Source: Orbicella franksi
Lineage: Eukaryota
Direction of reading: 5' to 3'
DNA length: 64,000 nucleotides
Assembly: GCA_964199315.1 (NCBI GenBank)
Contig: OZ116709.1
Location: 22,940,001 to 23,004,000 of the forward strand
Shown: positions 24,201 to 36,332 of the stretch, piece after piece
Layout of the letters: the number at the start of each line of letters is the position of its first letter
Numbering within the stretch: the first letter of the stretch is position 1
The notes under the pieces: generated by a model
What the model saw: only the letters and a program-made list of their open reading frames with translations
What the model was told of the DNA's origin: nothing
Database searches by the model: none
Made by a program: the position numbers and the translations under genes

Positions 24201-25350
24201 TTGTACCACTTGAAACCTTTCCGGAACATGCCTGCCGTCATCCTGGAGCAGGAGTTCTTGGACAGGATGGTCGAAGGCCTGAAACCTTTAAGAGTTCTTG
24301 CAACGCTTTCTGGTAGGTGTTAAAATTTAACATAGGAAAATAACAACATTTTATATATTAGGCTCTCTTGCTCTCTCAGCGCTAACCTCAATCCCAGGCT
24401 CTCCTCAACGACAAGGGAGGCAAAGGAGAGAGCCTGGGATCAAGGTTGGAACTTCCCAGGACTTTACGTTATGCCTGCCTCTTGTAATGCAGGTCAGCCG
24501 TTGTGGTTTATCATGATTTTGTTCGACATCAATTTGGAAACGAAATTGCTGCAAATTTTCCAAAATATTAGCTTGACACACTTCATGTTACCTGGCAACG
24601 GGTACCTGGCAACGGGTACCTGGCAACGGGTACCTGGCAACGGGTACCTAGCAACGGGTACCTAGCAACCCAACTGAGCTGAAATTTTTGATTGTCACAC
24701 AATGTCTTTTTTTACTTTAAGTTATATACTGTCTTGCTCGCTGGCTGGAAACGTATTTCCTGATGATGGCAATGTCTTTCCTTATAGATAAAAGCAGTGT
24801 AGATTTGGAGGAAATTTCTCCGCGACCAAACCTCTTCCTGAGTTATCACTGGGACGTACAGAACAAGGTGCAAGTGCTTGTTCAGTACTTGGAGAGTCAC
24901 GGCTACCAGTGTTGGACAGACGTGAGTAACGCAAACAAGCGTCACGCAACAAGTCATTCTCCCAATCACGAGAACACGCCTAATCAGATTCAGCGGAACA
25001 TCAAAGCGGCTACAGCTGTTGTATGTTGCGTGACACCCAAGTACATTTGCTCTGAGAACTGCACAAAGGATCTTAGCCTTGCTGCCTCGATGAACAAACC
25101 GGTCATTCCCGTAATGCTTCAGTGGCTGGCATGGCCACCCGAGGGTGGTCGGGTACGTAGGATTTTGGCGCCGTTACAGTGTATTGACATGAGTAATGAG
25201 AGCCTGTTCAGAAGGAACTTGAGCACCGTCGAGAACCACTTGAAGAAATTCGCGGGAAAACAAAGTCCACGTGATGGGCACTTGGTAGAACACGTACGAA
25301 TTGCCAAGAATCCCAGGCTTGTTCAACAAAAATCTCAACAGAAAGTATAA
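21267..25350 (+). CDS. Multi-TIR/SAM protein (acidic disordered N-terminus - TIR - SAM - TIR-like - TIR), 751 aa
   Basis: Exons 21267-22559, 23913-24312 and 24788-25350 (phases 0, 1; total 2256 nt). TIR1 IFVSY...IWFDK...IMFLSEAYFNSRVCHHE; SAM VSSWNITDVQAWLASL...FEENEIDGYLL...ARRKLVQQVRKI; TIR2 VYVICDPND...VIILLSTAAATSLFVYNEVLFADWLGKPFV; TIR3 LFLSYHW...CWTDV...VVCCVTPKYICSENCTKDLSLAASMNKPVIPV. Domains recognised by eye. Confidence 0.85.
24589..24670 (+). repeat. 14-bp minisatellite (TACCTGGCAACGGG) x ~6
   Basis: Four TACCTGGCAACGGG units followed by TACCTAGCAAC variants, in intron 2 of the TIR gene. Confidence 0.95.
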
Positions 25351-27093
25351 AGCATCAGGTATCTCGGCAAACAGCGTGTGAATTTCTCGCCACTTTGGCC
25401 TTATCTTGAAACTAATTTGTGGCAGCAACATTTCCGGACTCCTTTAGCACAGAAGAAAAAAATCCTAACGAAGCTTCAAACCTCTGGCGGCCATTCAAGA
25501 ATCTTTTAACAAAACTAGTCACAAATATACGGCATAGTGGCGAATCCATACTAGAAATGTGTGCGGCTTGTGTTATACGTGTTATATAAGTTGTCGTCAT
25601 ATTTCCCCCGCACTCAGTTGTACGGGGCGTTCTGTATCCTCAGTCAAGGACCTTTGTGCTTCACTGAAAGGACCAAGGGAGGGTCATCTTCCGTTCTCCC
25701 ATACCGATTCCCCCCTGTACACCCCTCCCCCGTCCTTGGGTCGTCATCAGTCTCCTCTTCTCCCACGCACCCATGGATTCGACACGGTAGATGTGTCTTC
25801 TCGATCTCACATCTTCCCAGTGTTTAGAGCTGTTTATATCCGAACTTTCATGGGCATTTCATTATTTCACTTGGCATGGCAAGGAAGAAGTTATCATGAA
25901 CAGGAAAATTGCAACAGAGAGGCAAATACCGATCGAAAATAGTTAAAGCTAAAGAAAGTATTTAAATTATTGACGATTACTGAGAACTGAGGTAATTTTA
26001 ATAAAAATCGGATGGAATGAGGAAAAATTATTTTACACAGCAATATGTTTCTTAATTTAATTCTGTAATATAGCGAAATATGTTTATAAGTGAGGGAAAT
26101 TGAAACTGGAAGTCTTATTTTAGTACCTCAGGTTTTCTTTTCGACTAGCGTCTCGCGTAGGCTGCAAATCATACTTCCTAAACCTATCTTATCGATCGAC
26201 AAACTCAGAATTCATGTTCAGCGAACGGTGAATCTCGGCTCAGGAAAACCTTTATCGAAATAAACGTTTAGGCCGGGCACGATTGCTAGGCGTGCCTGAT
26301 TTTCTTAACTACAAGAACTCAATATGTCTTTTATGGAGTAGCTTCCTCGTAGTTTGGAAATCGAAATCTTTTTCAACTCTCACCAAAAAGGAAGTATTCA
26401 GCATTTCCCGGGTCAGGATAAACTAAGCGGATGCTAAAAAACGGTTTGGAAGGTTCCCCTTGCCGGTTTTGTTGACACTGGCGCACGCATTGGTCAGTTT
26501 TAAAGTTGTTTCAGGACAAAAACAGCAAAAGCTGGTCATGACAAGCTCTCAACCTTCATCCCTCAATTTTCCGAAAATTTCTCCGCGGGTTTTCAAACAT
26601 TCTAGCCTATTCATCAATCCTCCCACTTGCCTTTCGTCTTAGAAGAGTACGCACTCTTAGTCAGGGTCTTAGGACTCGGCCGTGTTAGGAACGGTGAAAA
26701 ACTACAGGAATCCGTATTGTTGGAGTCCATTTTGAAGAGCCACACTTTTGCAATACATGCTGTTAAATCGATACAAGTAAATTTTAAATCTGCGTGTGTT
26801 TTTTTGTCAGTCAAAACAGCCTGCAGCTCCCACTAGTCTTAACAGTGTTCCTCGCGCGCGCGCACAGGATCAGAACGATTCCGTCACTAACACCAATTAC
26901 AAATTAGGCCTACGACATAATTTCCGTAAATCGTCTACGACATAATTAGCTGATAAACTTTGTCGAAATTTTTTGCGGCGACTGACACAAAATGGGTTAA
27001 AAAAAGTTGTCAATTGGAGTCATCGCCGTTTTCTAACGGCAAAACGCAGCATTCATTGCCACGAATCAAAGCAGGGTCTAAATTTTGTACATC

Positions 27094-30000
27094 ATGCTGG
27101 CAGGTGTAAGGTATCAAGTGGACAGCGGATGGGCCTGGGTTGTGTGTTTTGCTTCTTTCTTTGTTCAGTGTGTTGTATTTGGCACTATACAGTCGTTTGG
27201 GACGCTTTTTATTTCATTGCTCAATGATTTTAAATCTGGAGAATCTGCGACAGGTAAGCTTTGAGTTTTATTACAGATCACTTTAGGCGTGATTGATATT
27301 ATGATTTATCACCGAAAAGATTTGAAGGAGTTTCTGTTCTTGACTCGAAGTTGTCCATTATTAATTTGAATTTTCGTAATTTACTACTTTTCTTTTCCTC
27401 CTATCGTATAAGTACTTTTCACGAACCAACTTTCATATTAGAATCATGTGAACCTTTTGATGGCGAACGGTAACGTACATGGCGAACGTAAGGGTTCGTG
27501 GAAAAGAACGCCGTCTTATGTCCTCAAAAGCATTAACACTTGTCTTCGGTATCGTCTGTGTTAAACGAGTATTATCCAATTTTTTTTATCTGTATACAGC
27601 ATGGGTTGGCTCGTTGGGTTATGGGTTTCTCTTCGTCATTGGACCCGTCACAACAGCCTTGTGCGAACACTTTGGATGCCGTGTTATGGCATGCGCGGGC
27701 AGCGTACTGACCACCGTCTCTTTGCTTGTGACGTCGTTCGCGCCCAGTATCGCCAGCATGTACTTCACGTTCGGAGTGCTTTGGGGGACTGGAGGAAGTT
27801 TCTTGTTCTTCTCCGGTCTGCTCATCTTGAGGTTTTACTTCAACAGAAACATTTCTCTCGCTAACGGTATCACTATGACTGGGGCCGGATTTGGAACGCT
27901 TGTCTTCAATGTCATGCTGCAGGAATTCGACGAGAAGTACGGTTGGCGCGGAGGAATGCGCGTTTTAAGCGTATTTTCCGCGTTGACGTTCTTGTGTGGC
28001 TGCGCGTACATTCCACCACCAGTTGATTACTTAGCCTTCGAAAGACCGAGCGTCTGGTTTCGGCTGAAGAGGCTCATAGATCCACGCCCGTGGAGAGAGC
28101 GAGCGTTTACGATGTGGGTGTTGTCAATGTCGTTCATTCTCTTCGCGTACTTCTTTCCTTATACATATCTGGTGAGCAAAATTCCGGCTAGTTCAATTAA
28201 TGTGGTCAAACGTCTATCACGTGACTTCATGAAAACTATAAGATATTGTCATACCTGTACAGAGAAAACAATTTAAAATCGAAATGGGTTGCAACGTGCT
28301 ACAACTACTAAATCGTCATCTCGGTCGTTTGCTAATTAACTAATGATGTGTGCGACAGAATTTATAACAAAAACAACGGAGACGGAACACTCGAGAAGAT
28401 ATTTTTCATATTTAGTATTCACGTATAATCAGATGTTTCAGAAGCAAAACTACTCTAAGATTAATAATCACATTAACAGGATCGCACTACAAGAAGAAGT
28501 TATACTTAAGGATTTAAATCATATCTCCAAAAAAAGTGGTAAATGGTTTCTAGCCACTTGGGTTTTGGGTTACAAAACTGGGTTACAAAAATAATCTAGG
28601 AGTGCTAGTCGTGGAACCAGATTTACGAAAGCCTTTTAAATTAAGATGTCTCGAATACGAAAGACTTGTTAAAAAAAATGCTTAGGATGCATCTTAACTT
28701 AAGAGAGCTTCGTTAATTAAGCTCCAACTGATCTCTGCTGATAATACCAATTGTATTGATACTAATAACTGAGTGTTATCTGTAAATCTATTGTAGGTCC
28801 GCATGGCTGTAACACTGGGTATCCCCGTCTCCCAAGGGGCTCTTTTGCTTGGGTACCTTTCAGTGTCAGCCATATTTGGTAAACTCCTGTGTGGAAGATT
28901 GGCGGATCTCCCACGCGTCAGGCGTTTGTACATTTTCGTTCTCTCAGCAGTCATTTTAAGCCTGTCTTCTATGTGTGTCACCGCTGCCAAAAGTTATCAC
29001 GGCCTGCTGGCTTACACATTAGTAGCTGGATTTTTTGACGGTTGTTTCGTGGTGACAGTTCCACTTATCACGCAGGATATTGTTGGCAAAGATCTCATGG
29101 CTAAGGCAATCGGGAACTTGTACGGAGTGGTGGCCTTTCCTTTGACTTTGGGACCTCCTGTCTTAGGTAAAGCTTATTTCTTTACTTTTTTTTTGCTTTA
29201 TTACAGAAGTAGGAACAAAATTAAAACCTGGTCCCTTAACCATATCAACAAAGCCAATGTAACCAAAAAGGGCATTCAAAAATTAGAAAAAAAAATTACC
29301 TTTAATCATCAAATTTACATTTTTAGCGTTTATGGATCGTTGTCAAGGGAATAACCCTAGGAGACTTATATGTCCGCGACTTGATTGCCCTTTCCTTCAG
29401 GGTTTCCATTTTCTAGTCAGTTAGTCGTAATTAAGTTTAGTTATTCTGTTTTGTTCTGTCCAAAGGTGAACTATACAAAACCACCAATTCCTTCACCACC
29501 GCTTTCTTTGTCTCCTCTTGTTTTATTCTCGTCGGTGTGAGCATTATCTACATCGTTCAAAGGATTCGTCCAGACCTGGTTAGCAAGCGAGAGCCCACCA
29601 GACAGGAAGTGTATGATTCTTCTCTGGTGCCTACTCCCAGCATACATTCTGCAAGCGTGGTGGATACATTGAGTGGTATGTTTGTCACAGAGCCGGGACT
29701 GTCTGCTACTCGCTTAGATCCAATGGAAATAGGTTCGTACCAACGATTCGATACTTTTCGCCGAGAGGAACCAAGAGCAACTTTTCTAGAGCCTGTCCAT
29801 GGGCGAATGGCAAATCCAACAGAGATAGAGGCAGTGTACAGACAAGCTGTTGACAATTTATCAAACATTAGTGGCGTTACAGGTCATCACCGCAATGCAT
29901 CGGACACCAGTGGCAATTCTAAAGTTAACGTTCCTACTCAATCTCGCTCAGCAAGTATGTTCAGTGGTTCAATGGCGTCATTTCCCGAAATGCCGACAGT

Positions 30001-33000
30001 TAATGTCGATTCTTCTTCGGGTTTACAAATTCCTTCCGGAGAAACCATGGATTTACCAAAGGCAAGCGAATCATGTACCACCCTGGTGGATCCAAATATT
30101 GGAGCGTCGCCTCACGGCGTAGATGAGGGTGGGATTAACATATCTGGTGATGGCATGATCCTGCAGGGAGGCGAGCAGCAGGAAAAAGTGTCTGTGACGA
30201 GCGATCAGTATCCAACCGCCAGTAGCCCAACTCTTGACATACAGACTGCTATGGAAGCAAAGGAAATCGAGCACGCTGATACAGAATTTTCTGATTTATT
30301 CACAAAGCCTCAACCGTCACAAGTGGCAGAAGAAAATAAGACTTCACCAGGGCCAATGATTGTTGACAACAGGGATATAGAACTCGAGATACAATTAGTT
30401 AAACTTCTCCCTCCTCCAGAAATTCATCGCAAAAGGAGAGCCGATCCTCTAGATACTGTATCAAATGACCAAAGTGACATTGCCAGTATCTCAAGCACAG
30501 ATGGCCTTGGAGATGATGTCACACTGAAAACAGAGAAAAAAGACCCTGATGCAGGAACGATTCAAGATAGCGAACAAAGCGTGAGGACTCCTATAATTGA
30601 GACAATATCGCTGGAGAACGAGGGAAGTGTAGAAAATGAATCTGTAAATGGTCTGCTCGAACTTGTTCGTATTCCACCCCCACCCAGCGTTCCACGCACA
30701 GGGCAGTTAGTGGCTTTGGAAAGTGAAGCAAATAAGGATGGGGAAAATTCTTTCCTTTCCGAGGTAAAATCGGACGCCGAGCAGGATAACCAGTATGACA
30801 AAGAAGCAGCCGCCGATGATAATTCTTCTTGCAGAGCCGTTTCAACCACTCAACGGAAAGAAAGATTACATCTTGCTATTATTGACCAACTTAATCTGTT
30901 GAGTGAAAGACTTGAAGCTGTTGCCGCTCGCCAGATTCAGGAAGAAGAGGAACACAGGGATAATGACCAACCAGATCAACGTCCCCCATTCTCACCAGCA
31001 CTCCAGAGTTTACCTTTAACGCCTCTTTATTCTGCAAATCACAGTGTACCACTTACACCCGCTTGTGCATGGTCAAGTTGTCTCAACACCCCAGCACCTA
31101 CTCCACACCAAACGCCTCCAAGTGCGTTTCTGACAACAGCACCGACTCCCATCCACATTCCGCACACACCAGCCCCAGGTGTGTCTGGAATCTGCACTCC
31201 AAGCGACGTGTCTATGGCGAACCTTTCACGCTCAAATGTTTATGAGACAGGACAGGTGAATACTAACGATTCTAATAAATGGAACGATGTAATGGACGGT
31301 TGCAGCCCTTCGCCCTCACAGGAAACTGACAACCAACAACGGAGCAGATGTTCCTCTTTCTCAGAGGTAGGACAAGAATTTGTTGTCAACGAATGGAGTG
31401 TAAGAGATCTGCGTGGATCCACAGAGGCATTCTCTCCAAAACAGTCAAGCGGAGCCAGTTCTTCAGTTTCGAATAGCGCCAGATCAATAGGTGACTTAAA
31501 CAGCGTGAGTGAACCAATTGATATTGTGGAATTCACGATTAATGAAAGCCACGGAGGACATATGAACTCTCCAGAAAATTATAGTCCCAGTCAGCAGGCG
31601 GAGGCCTCAGTTGATATGTGTCTACCGCAAAAGCCATGTTTAAATTATGAAAACACAGACGTTTACAGGCAAAATCCGCTTCAACAGTCACACCTGAATT
31701 CCAATTTAACAGAAGTAAAAACGAACCAAATGAACGACTCATGCAAAGTGGAAACTTTAAATATTACCCAACAGTTGGCTGAAGAAGTGCCTCAAGAAGA
31801 GCTTTCCAATAGTGAAATGCCTCTGGAAGTGCATACTTGCCAGCAATTGTTTAACACGACAGATTCAAAGGAAAACGAACTAGAGATGGTAGGTCTAACC
31901 GTGCAAAAACCAGACACAATTAGCAATAACTATCAACCCGAATCTGCAAGTATTCTCTTACCAGAGGTTATTTCTAACGCTTCTACTACTTCCGAGCCCC
32001 AACAAAAGATAGAATACAGACCAGATTCAAGAGACATCCAGCGAGAAACCAGGTTTGGTCCAAGCCCACTGGGCTCAGAATTAAACTCATTTTTGGTATC
32101 AGACCAAAAAGAGCTTACGGGATTTTCCCAGTGCAACCCATTTCAACAGCCATCGAAAAGATTGCCAGATGAATCGCAAAATCCATTCGAAATTCCTGGT
32201 GGATTAGATTCACATGATGAACATCCTCAGTCGTATCAGTCAAAGGGATTAACCACAGAGAAAGAACAGTGCATAACCGAACAAACGGAAGCGTTCTTAT
32301 CGGAGAGTAGGTCTTTCACCCAGGTCTCGCCAAACGTGAATTCATCACCTCAAGCAAGTGACTCGCATTTTGAGCCCTATTGTGCTGAAAATTTGATTGA
32401 CCAACAAGTTGTTCTTCAGCGAAATAATTTCACGGATAAGAACTTTCATAGACTCCCAGAAGAGTCTGACACTGGTATTACGGAACAGACATTCACCACT
32501 TCTGACAATCCCAAGCTGGAAACAGATCAAGAAGTCAGTACACGAAGCCAATGGACAATTTTTTCGCAAAGCGAGGAGGGTTTAATTTTTGAGATGGATA
32601 CAGAAAGTGAATCATCTTCGGATAGTAGTGCAAAACTTGAAAGCAACTCTGCATGTGCGTCAAGGGAACCAAAGACTGACGAGAAGGATCATTGTGCTGC
32701 AGATCAGGAGAGTCTGTTCCCTCCACTACAGATCTTTTCTGACGTGGCCGACATGATCACTAAGATGAATGGTCAGGGTATTCCTGTCACACTTCCTCCT
32801 CCGCCCAAACAAGTCCATCGTAAGCGAGCAGACCCGTCCGTTTCTGTCACCGCAGAAATATCTCTCCCTTATGAGACTGGTGGTAAGGACAGTGAATCAA
32901 GACAGAAATCTGTGGTAGACAAACAGACTGTCGAGAAAATAGTTCTAGAGCCTGTTTCCATGATAGATCACGAACACCTTGGAACCCTGAAACTAAAGCA

Positions 33001-33463
33001 AAGTGGGAGTACTGAAACACATCATGTGCCCAGTGATGAAGATTTGTCAGCGACTGGCAATTCTCTCAGCGAGATTGAATCAGATTTGATATCTGAATCT
33101 AAGCTTGACGAGCTTCCAGATAAACTGAGGGACAATTCAATATGTGGAATTGTCTGTCAAGAATTGGAATCAATTAATGATGAGGACGAGATGTTCGCAA
33201 GCGAAAAAGCCGATGACTCAAATATAGATGGAGAAATGGTAAAGACTTCGATCCACGATGATATTGCGCCACTTTTGGCACAAAACAGTGAGCCCATCCA
33301 ATACGTAAATCTTGGAGATCTTCCCGAGAATTGCCTTGTTCTCCACAAACGCCCCTCGTCTGCCTCATCAACAGATGATTCTAGCACTTCCACAGATTCT
33401 AGCCTGTCAGAAAACGAAATGCCTTACAGTAAATTGCACGAGGATACACCAGCCGAAGGATAA
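27094..33463 (+). CDS. SLC16A10-like: Monocarboxylate/aromatic amino acid transporter (SLC16, MCT8/MCT10-like) with ~1300-aa C-terminal tail, 1699 aa
   Basis: Exons 27094-27253, 27600-28171, 28797-29166 and 29466-33463 (phases 1, 0, 1; 5100 nt). SLC16 TM1 signature DSGWAWVV, AWVGSL, GCRVMAC, GKLLCGRLAD, PLTLGPPV. The last exon continues in frame into the 1308-codon ORF. Confidence 0.88.
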
Positions 33464-34813
33464 TGACAACAGTCAGTCTTTAAACGTGATCGTTGAAAGA
33501 TGATTACAACAGAGTAGAAAAAGGCTTAGCGATGGCGCAAGTGGAACAGGCCTGACAAAAATACAATTAAAAACGTCACGGCGTGCAGCCGTGACTTGTT
33601 AACAGTTTGAAATAAATCCATTAGTAAAAGAAAAGTGGTTTTAATCCCTTGATTATGTTTTACCCTGACTGTCTCAGCGGTTTTCGTGCTTCGTTTGCCT
33701 AGTGACGCGAAACAAAATCATAATCAATAATTGCGAAATAGAAAGGAAATCAAACGTCAGGAGTAAGGGTGGCACTCTGACTAGATTATTCCAACCTGGA
33801 ATTCGTGGAGGTATACGGGAATCTTTGTTTAAAATATTTGCCTCATTAGCGTAAGCGATACAGTTACTAATCAGTCTAATCAAATCCGTTTTTAAATAAT
33901 CGACCCTGGTCAGCTGGCGTTTATATTCAAATTCTAGCTACTTCTTAAAGATCTGCAAAGCGTGTTCCAGTTTAAACCACTGCAAGTCACGTGATGTCCT
34001 CTTTAGGTTAGCACGTGGCGTAGATCGTCACGAAATGTCTTTTCGGGTTTCCGTGAGGTGTAACGAGATGAAACTTAATGACTACTGATTATGTCAAAGA
34101 AGCATCAACCAACAGGCTGGGTATCTACATTTCCAAGTGATTTATTTCCTGCCCAATTCCCTGCAATTGCCGAAATATTCGATTCCTGGGCTCACAAGTG
34201 CATTAATATTATAAAAGATTGTAAATGCAATATAAGATTAAGTCCAGCTATACGTTTCACGGAAACAATAAGGTGATTTTATCTAGAAACTTAAAATAGC
34301 TTCTATATTCCCAGCTTCTTTGAAGCGCGCAGTTACGTTGTTTCACACTCTTACGCAATTCAAACTATTACAAAAAATTAAATATTAAATTACTCAGGTA
34401 ATAATAACAAATAACAAATAATTTGCCTGCAAATAATTTTAAAGCTAAATATTCGATGATACGATGTATAAAAAGCCACTTGATTTAGTGCATAATTCCA
34501 AAAAATTGTCTGTTAACTTGGTTCCCCTCCCCCCTCCGACTACCCTCTGTCGAAAAACAGTCGTTTGCAACTTCTCTTTCTAAAGTTGTCAAAATAATTT
34601 CTCCTGTCTGAGGTAAATGAAGTGAAGGTTTTCAGGAGCGCATTAAGCAAGTGTGATGAAAAGCAATTAATCATAAGAATACTTCCAAGAAACTTTGTTC
34701 TCTACCTGGGCAATGACAGTGTCAGCTAGAAAATGTATCTATTTATTGTATTTGTTAGTGCAATTATCCAGCCATTTTAATTAACTGAAGTGGCAGTGAT
34801 ATCGATTAACGAA

Positions 34814-34965
34814 TAGAGCGGTTTTCATTTGAGTGTCGAATGTAATTAGACAATTACTTTGGTTTTGGTTTTGGTTTTACTACAGTTTGAGATTGGCTGA
34901 ATAGTCTAATTGGTAAGTAATTGGTTTGGTTTTGGTTTTACGACACTCAACTGAAAACCGCTCTA
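34814..34965. mobile_element. MITE with TAGAGCGGTTTTCA...TGAAAACCGCTCTA termini
   Basis: ~25-bp TIRs (tagagcggttttcatttgagtgtcg / cgacactcaactgaaaaccgctcta) with internal (GGTTTT)n. Confidence 0.8.
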
Positions 34966-35019
34966 TAAAAGATACCTTAAAATAGGCACGAAGTAAAAGT
35001 CAATTCTAAGGGACACTAC

Positions 35020-35292
35020 TAGAGCGGTTTTTAACTGAGTGTCGTAAAATCAAAACCAAAGTAATCGCTCTAGCCAATCACAACGGACACAGAAAATGTA
35101 GTGGACCAATCAGAACTCGGAGTTATTACATGTAGCTGACGGGAAGCGCGGGAAAACGAGTGCGAGCGAGGCACGACTGGTTTTGGTTTTACTTCTGATT
35201 GGATGAAAAAGTGGCGCGAGTTTTTTAAGCCAATCGTATGGCGTAGTAAGTTCAAAATCAATCAGTTTTCGACGCTCAAAAGAAAAACGCTT
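35020..35292. mobile_element. Longer member of the same MITE family
   Basis: Starts tagagcggtttttaactgagtgtcg and ends ttttcgacgctcaaaagaaaaacgc; its interior is the reverse complement of 9060-9245. Confidence 0.7.
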
Positions 35293-36332
35293 TTTCAGGG
35301 CGATTTTGTTAGATTTTTAGTTGATACAGTGCTAAAATTTTTAACTGAGTGCATTCCCTCGTGAAAGAAATGCTCTAAGAACATCAAGATGGAGATACTA
35401 ACTGAATTATTAAAGGAAGAGTAAATGGTTATTAGTATTTTGCAATTTTTCTAACACACGACGACAGAATTTGACAAAATGATTTGCCAGACATTTTCAA
35501 TTTGACAACACAACCCACTGCATGCGTAACCCATTGTATCACTCCTTTTAGAGGGTCTCAATGGCCGTAAAACGGGCCAAAACGTTAGCCGTTAGGTGTA
35601 AAAGTTAGAAAATTTGTAACTGTTAACGGTAAACCAATTTTAGCCACGAAAGTGAGTCTCAAGGTCTCTTGTTAAGACTTTTTGTAGCCTTGTCTTGTGG
35701 TTCGGTAGTACATGGAAAAGACGGGAGACTTGTACCTTGTTCACACCAACATGTTAAACTTGTTTTAAAGTGGTTTAGCTAAACAAGGTTAAAAATTAGT
35801 TGCTCGTACCGTGCTTACCCAACAACTTAGCAAGGTAAAAGCCTGTTTGATTAAAACATATTAGCAACGTGGTTTGAAAATTACTGCAAAGCACAATTGA
35901 CAAATTGGAGAAACATAAACCTGATTTAGTTAAACTAGTTTAGTTGATGTGAATGATAATAAACTGTTCCATCTCGAAATGGTCCTAAGCGTTAAATATG
36001 TTTTAAAATAACCAAAATAAATTTTTAACTTTTTAAAACGATGCAAATTATTTTTTTTAACCTTTTAAATCAATTGTAATTAATTTCTAAGAATTCTGTT
36101 AACCATAAAGTATATATATTAACAGTTAGCTGTGAAGAAGCCAACTTTTAGCCTTAAAAACCCGTAAGATCCTCCTTGTATAACTTCAGTACTCTCGCGT
36201 ACTAATGTTTAACCAAACTTGCCCATTATATTTAGGTTTCCATGAGTGAAAATATGTAACTAAGTTTGAATTTGAATATCATTCCCATGATAGTACCCCT
36301 AAATTAAATCGTGTTTCACCTGCGAAATCCTT

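Noticed and set aside
24471-24665. ORF ending in repeated GNGYLATGT
   Set aside because: Product of the 14-bp minisatellite within an intron.
24589-24670. CRISPR-like or iteron-like repeats
   Set aside because: Contiguous units with no spacers, eukaryotic context and no cas genes.
21267-25350. Recent horizontal transfer or bacterial contamination of the TIR gene
   Set aside because: The gene has spliceosomal introns and sits among host repeats and conserved animal genes; bacterial-style TIR_2 domains are widespread in invertebrates.
25700-25780. CTGATGA on the minus strand (hammerhead core?)
   Set aside because: No stem II followed by GAAA and no matching cleavage-site helices.
29557-33393. 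Numerous antisense and alternative-frame ORFs over the giant MCT exon
   Set aside because: Shadow ORFs of a long coding exon; no domain or splice support.
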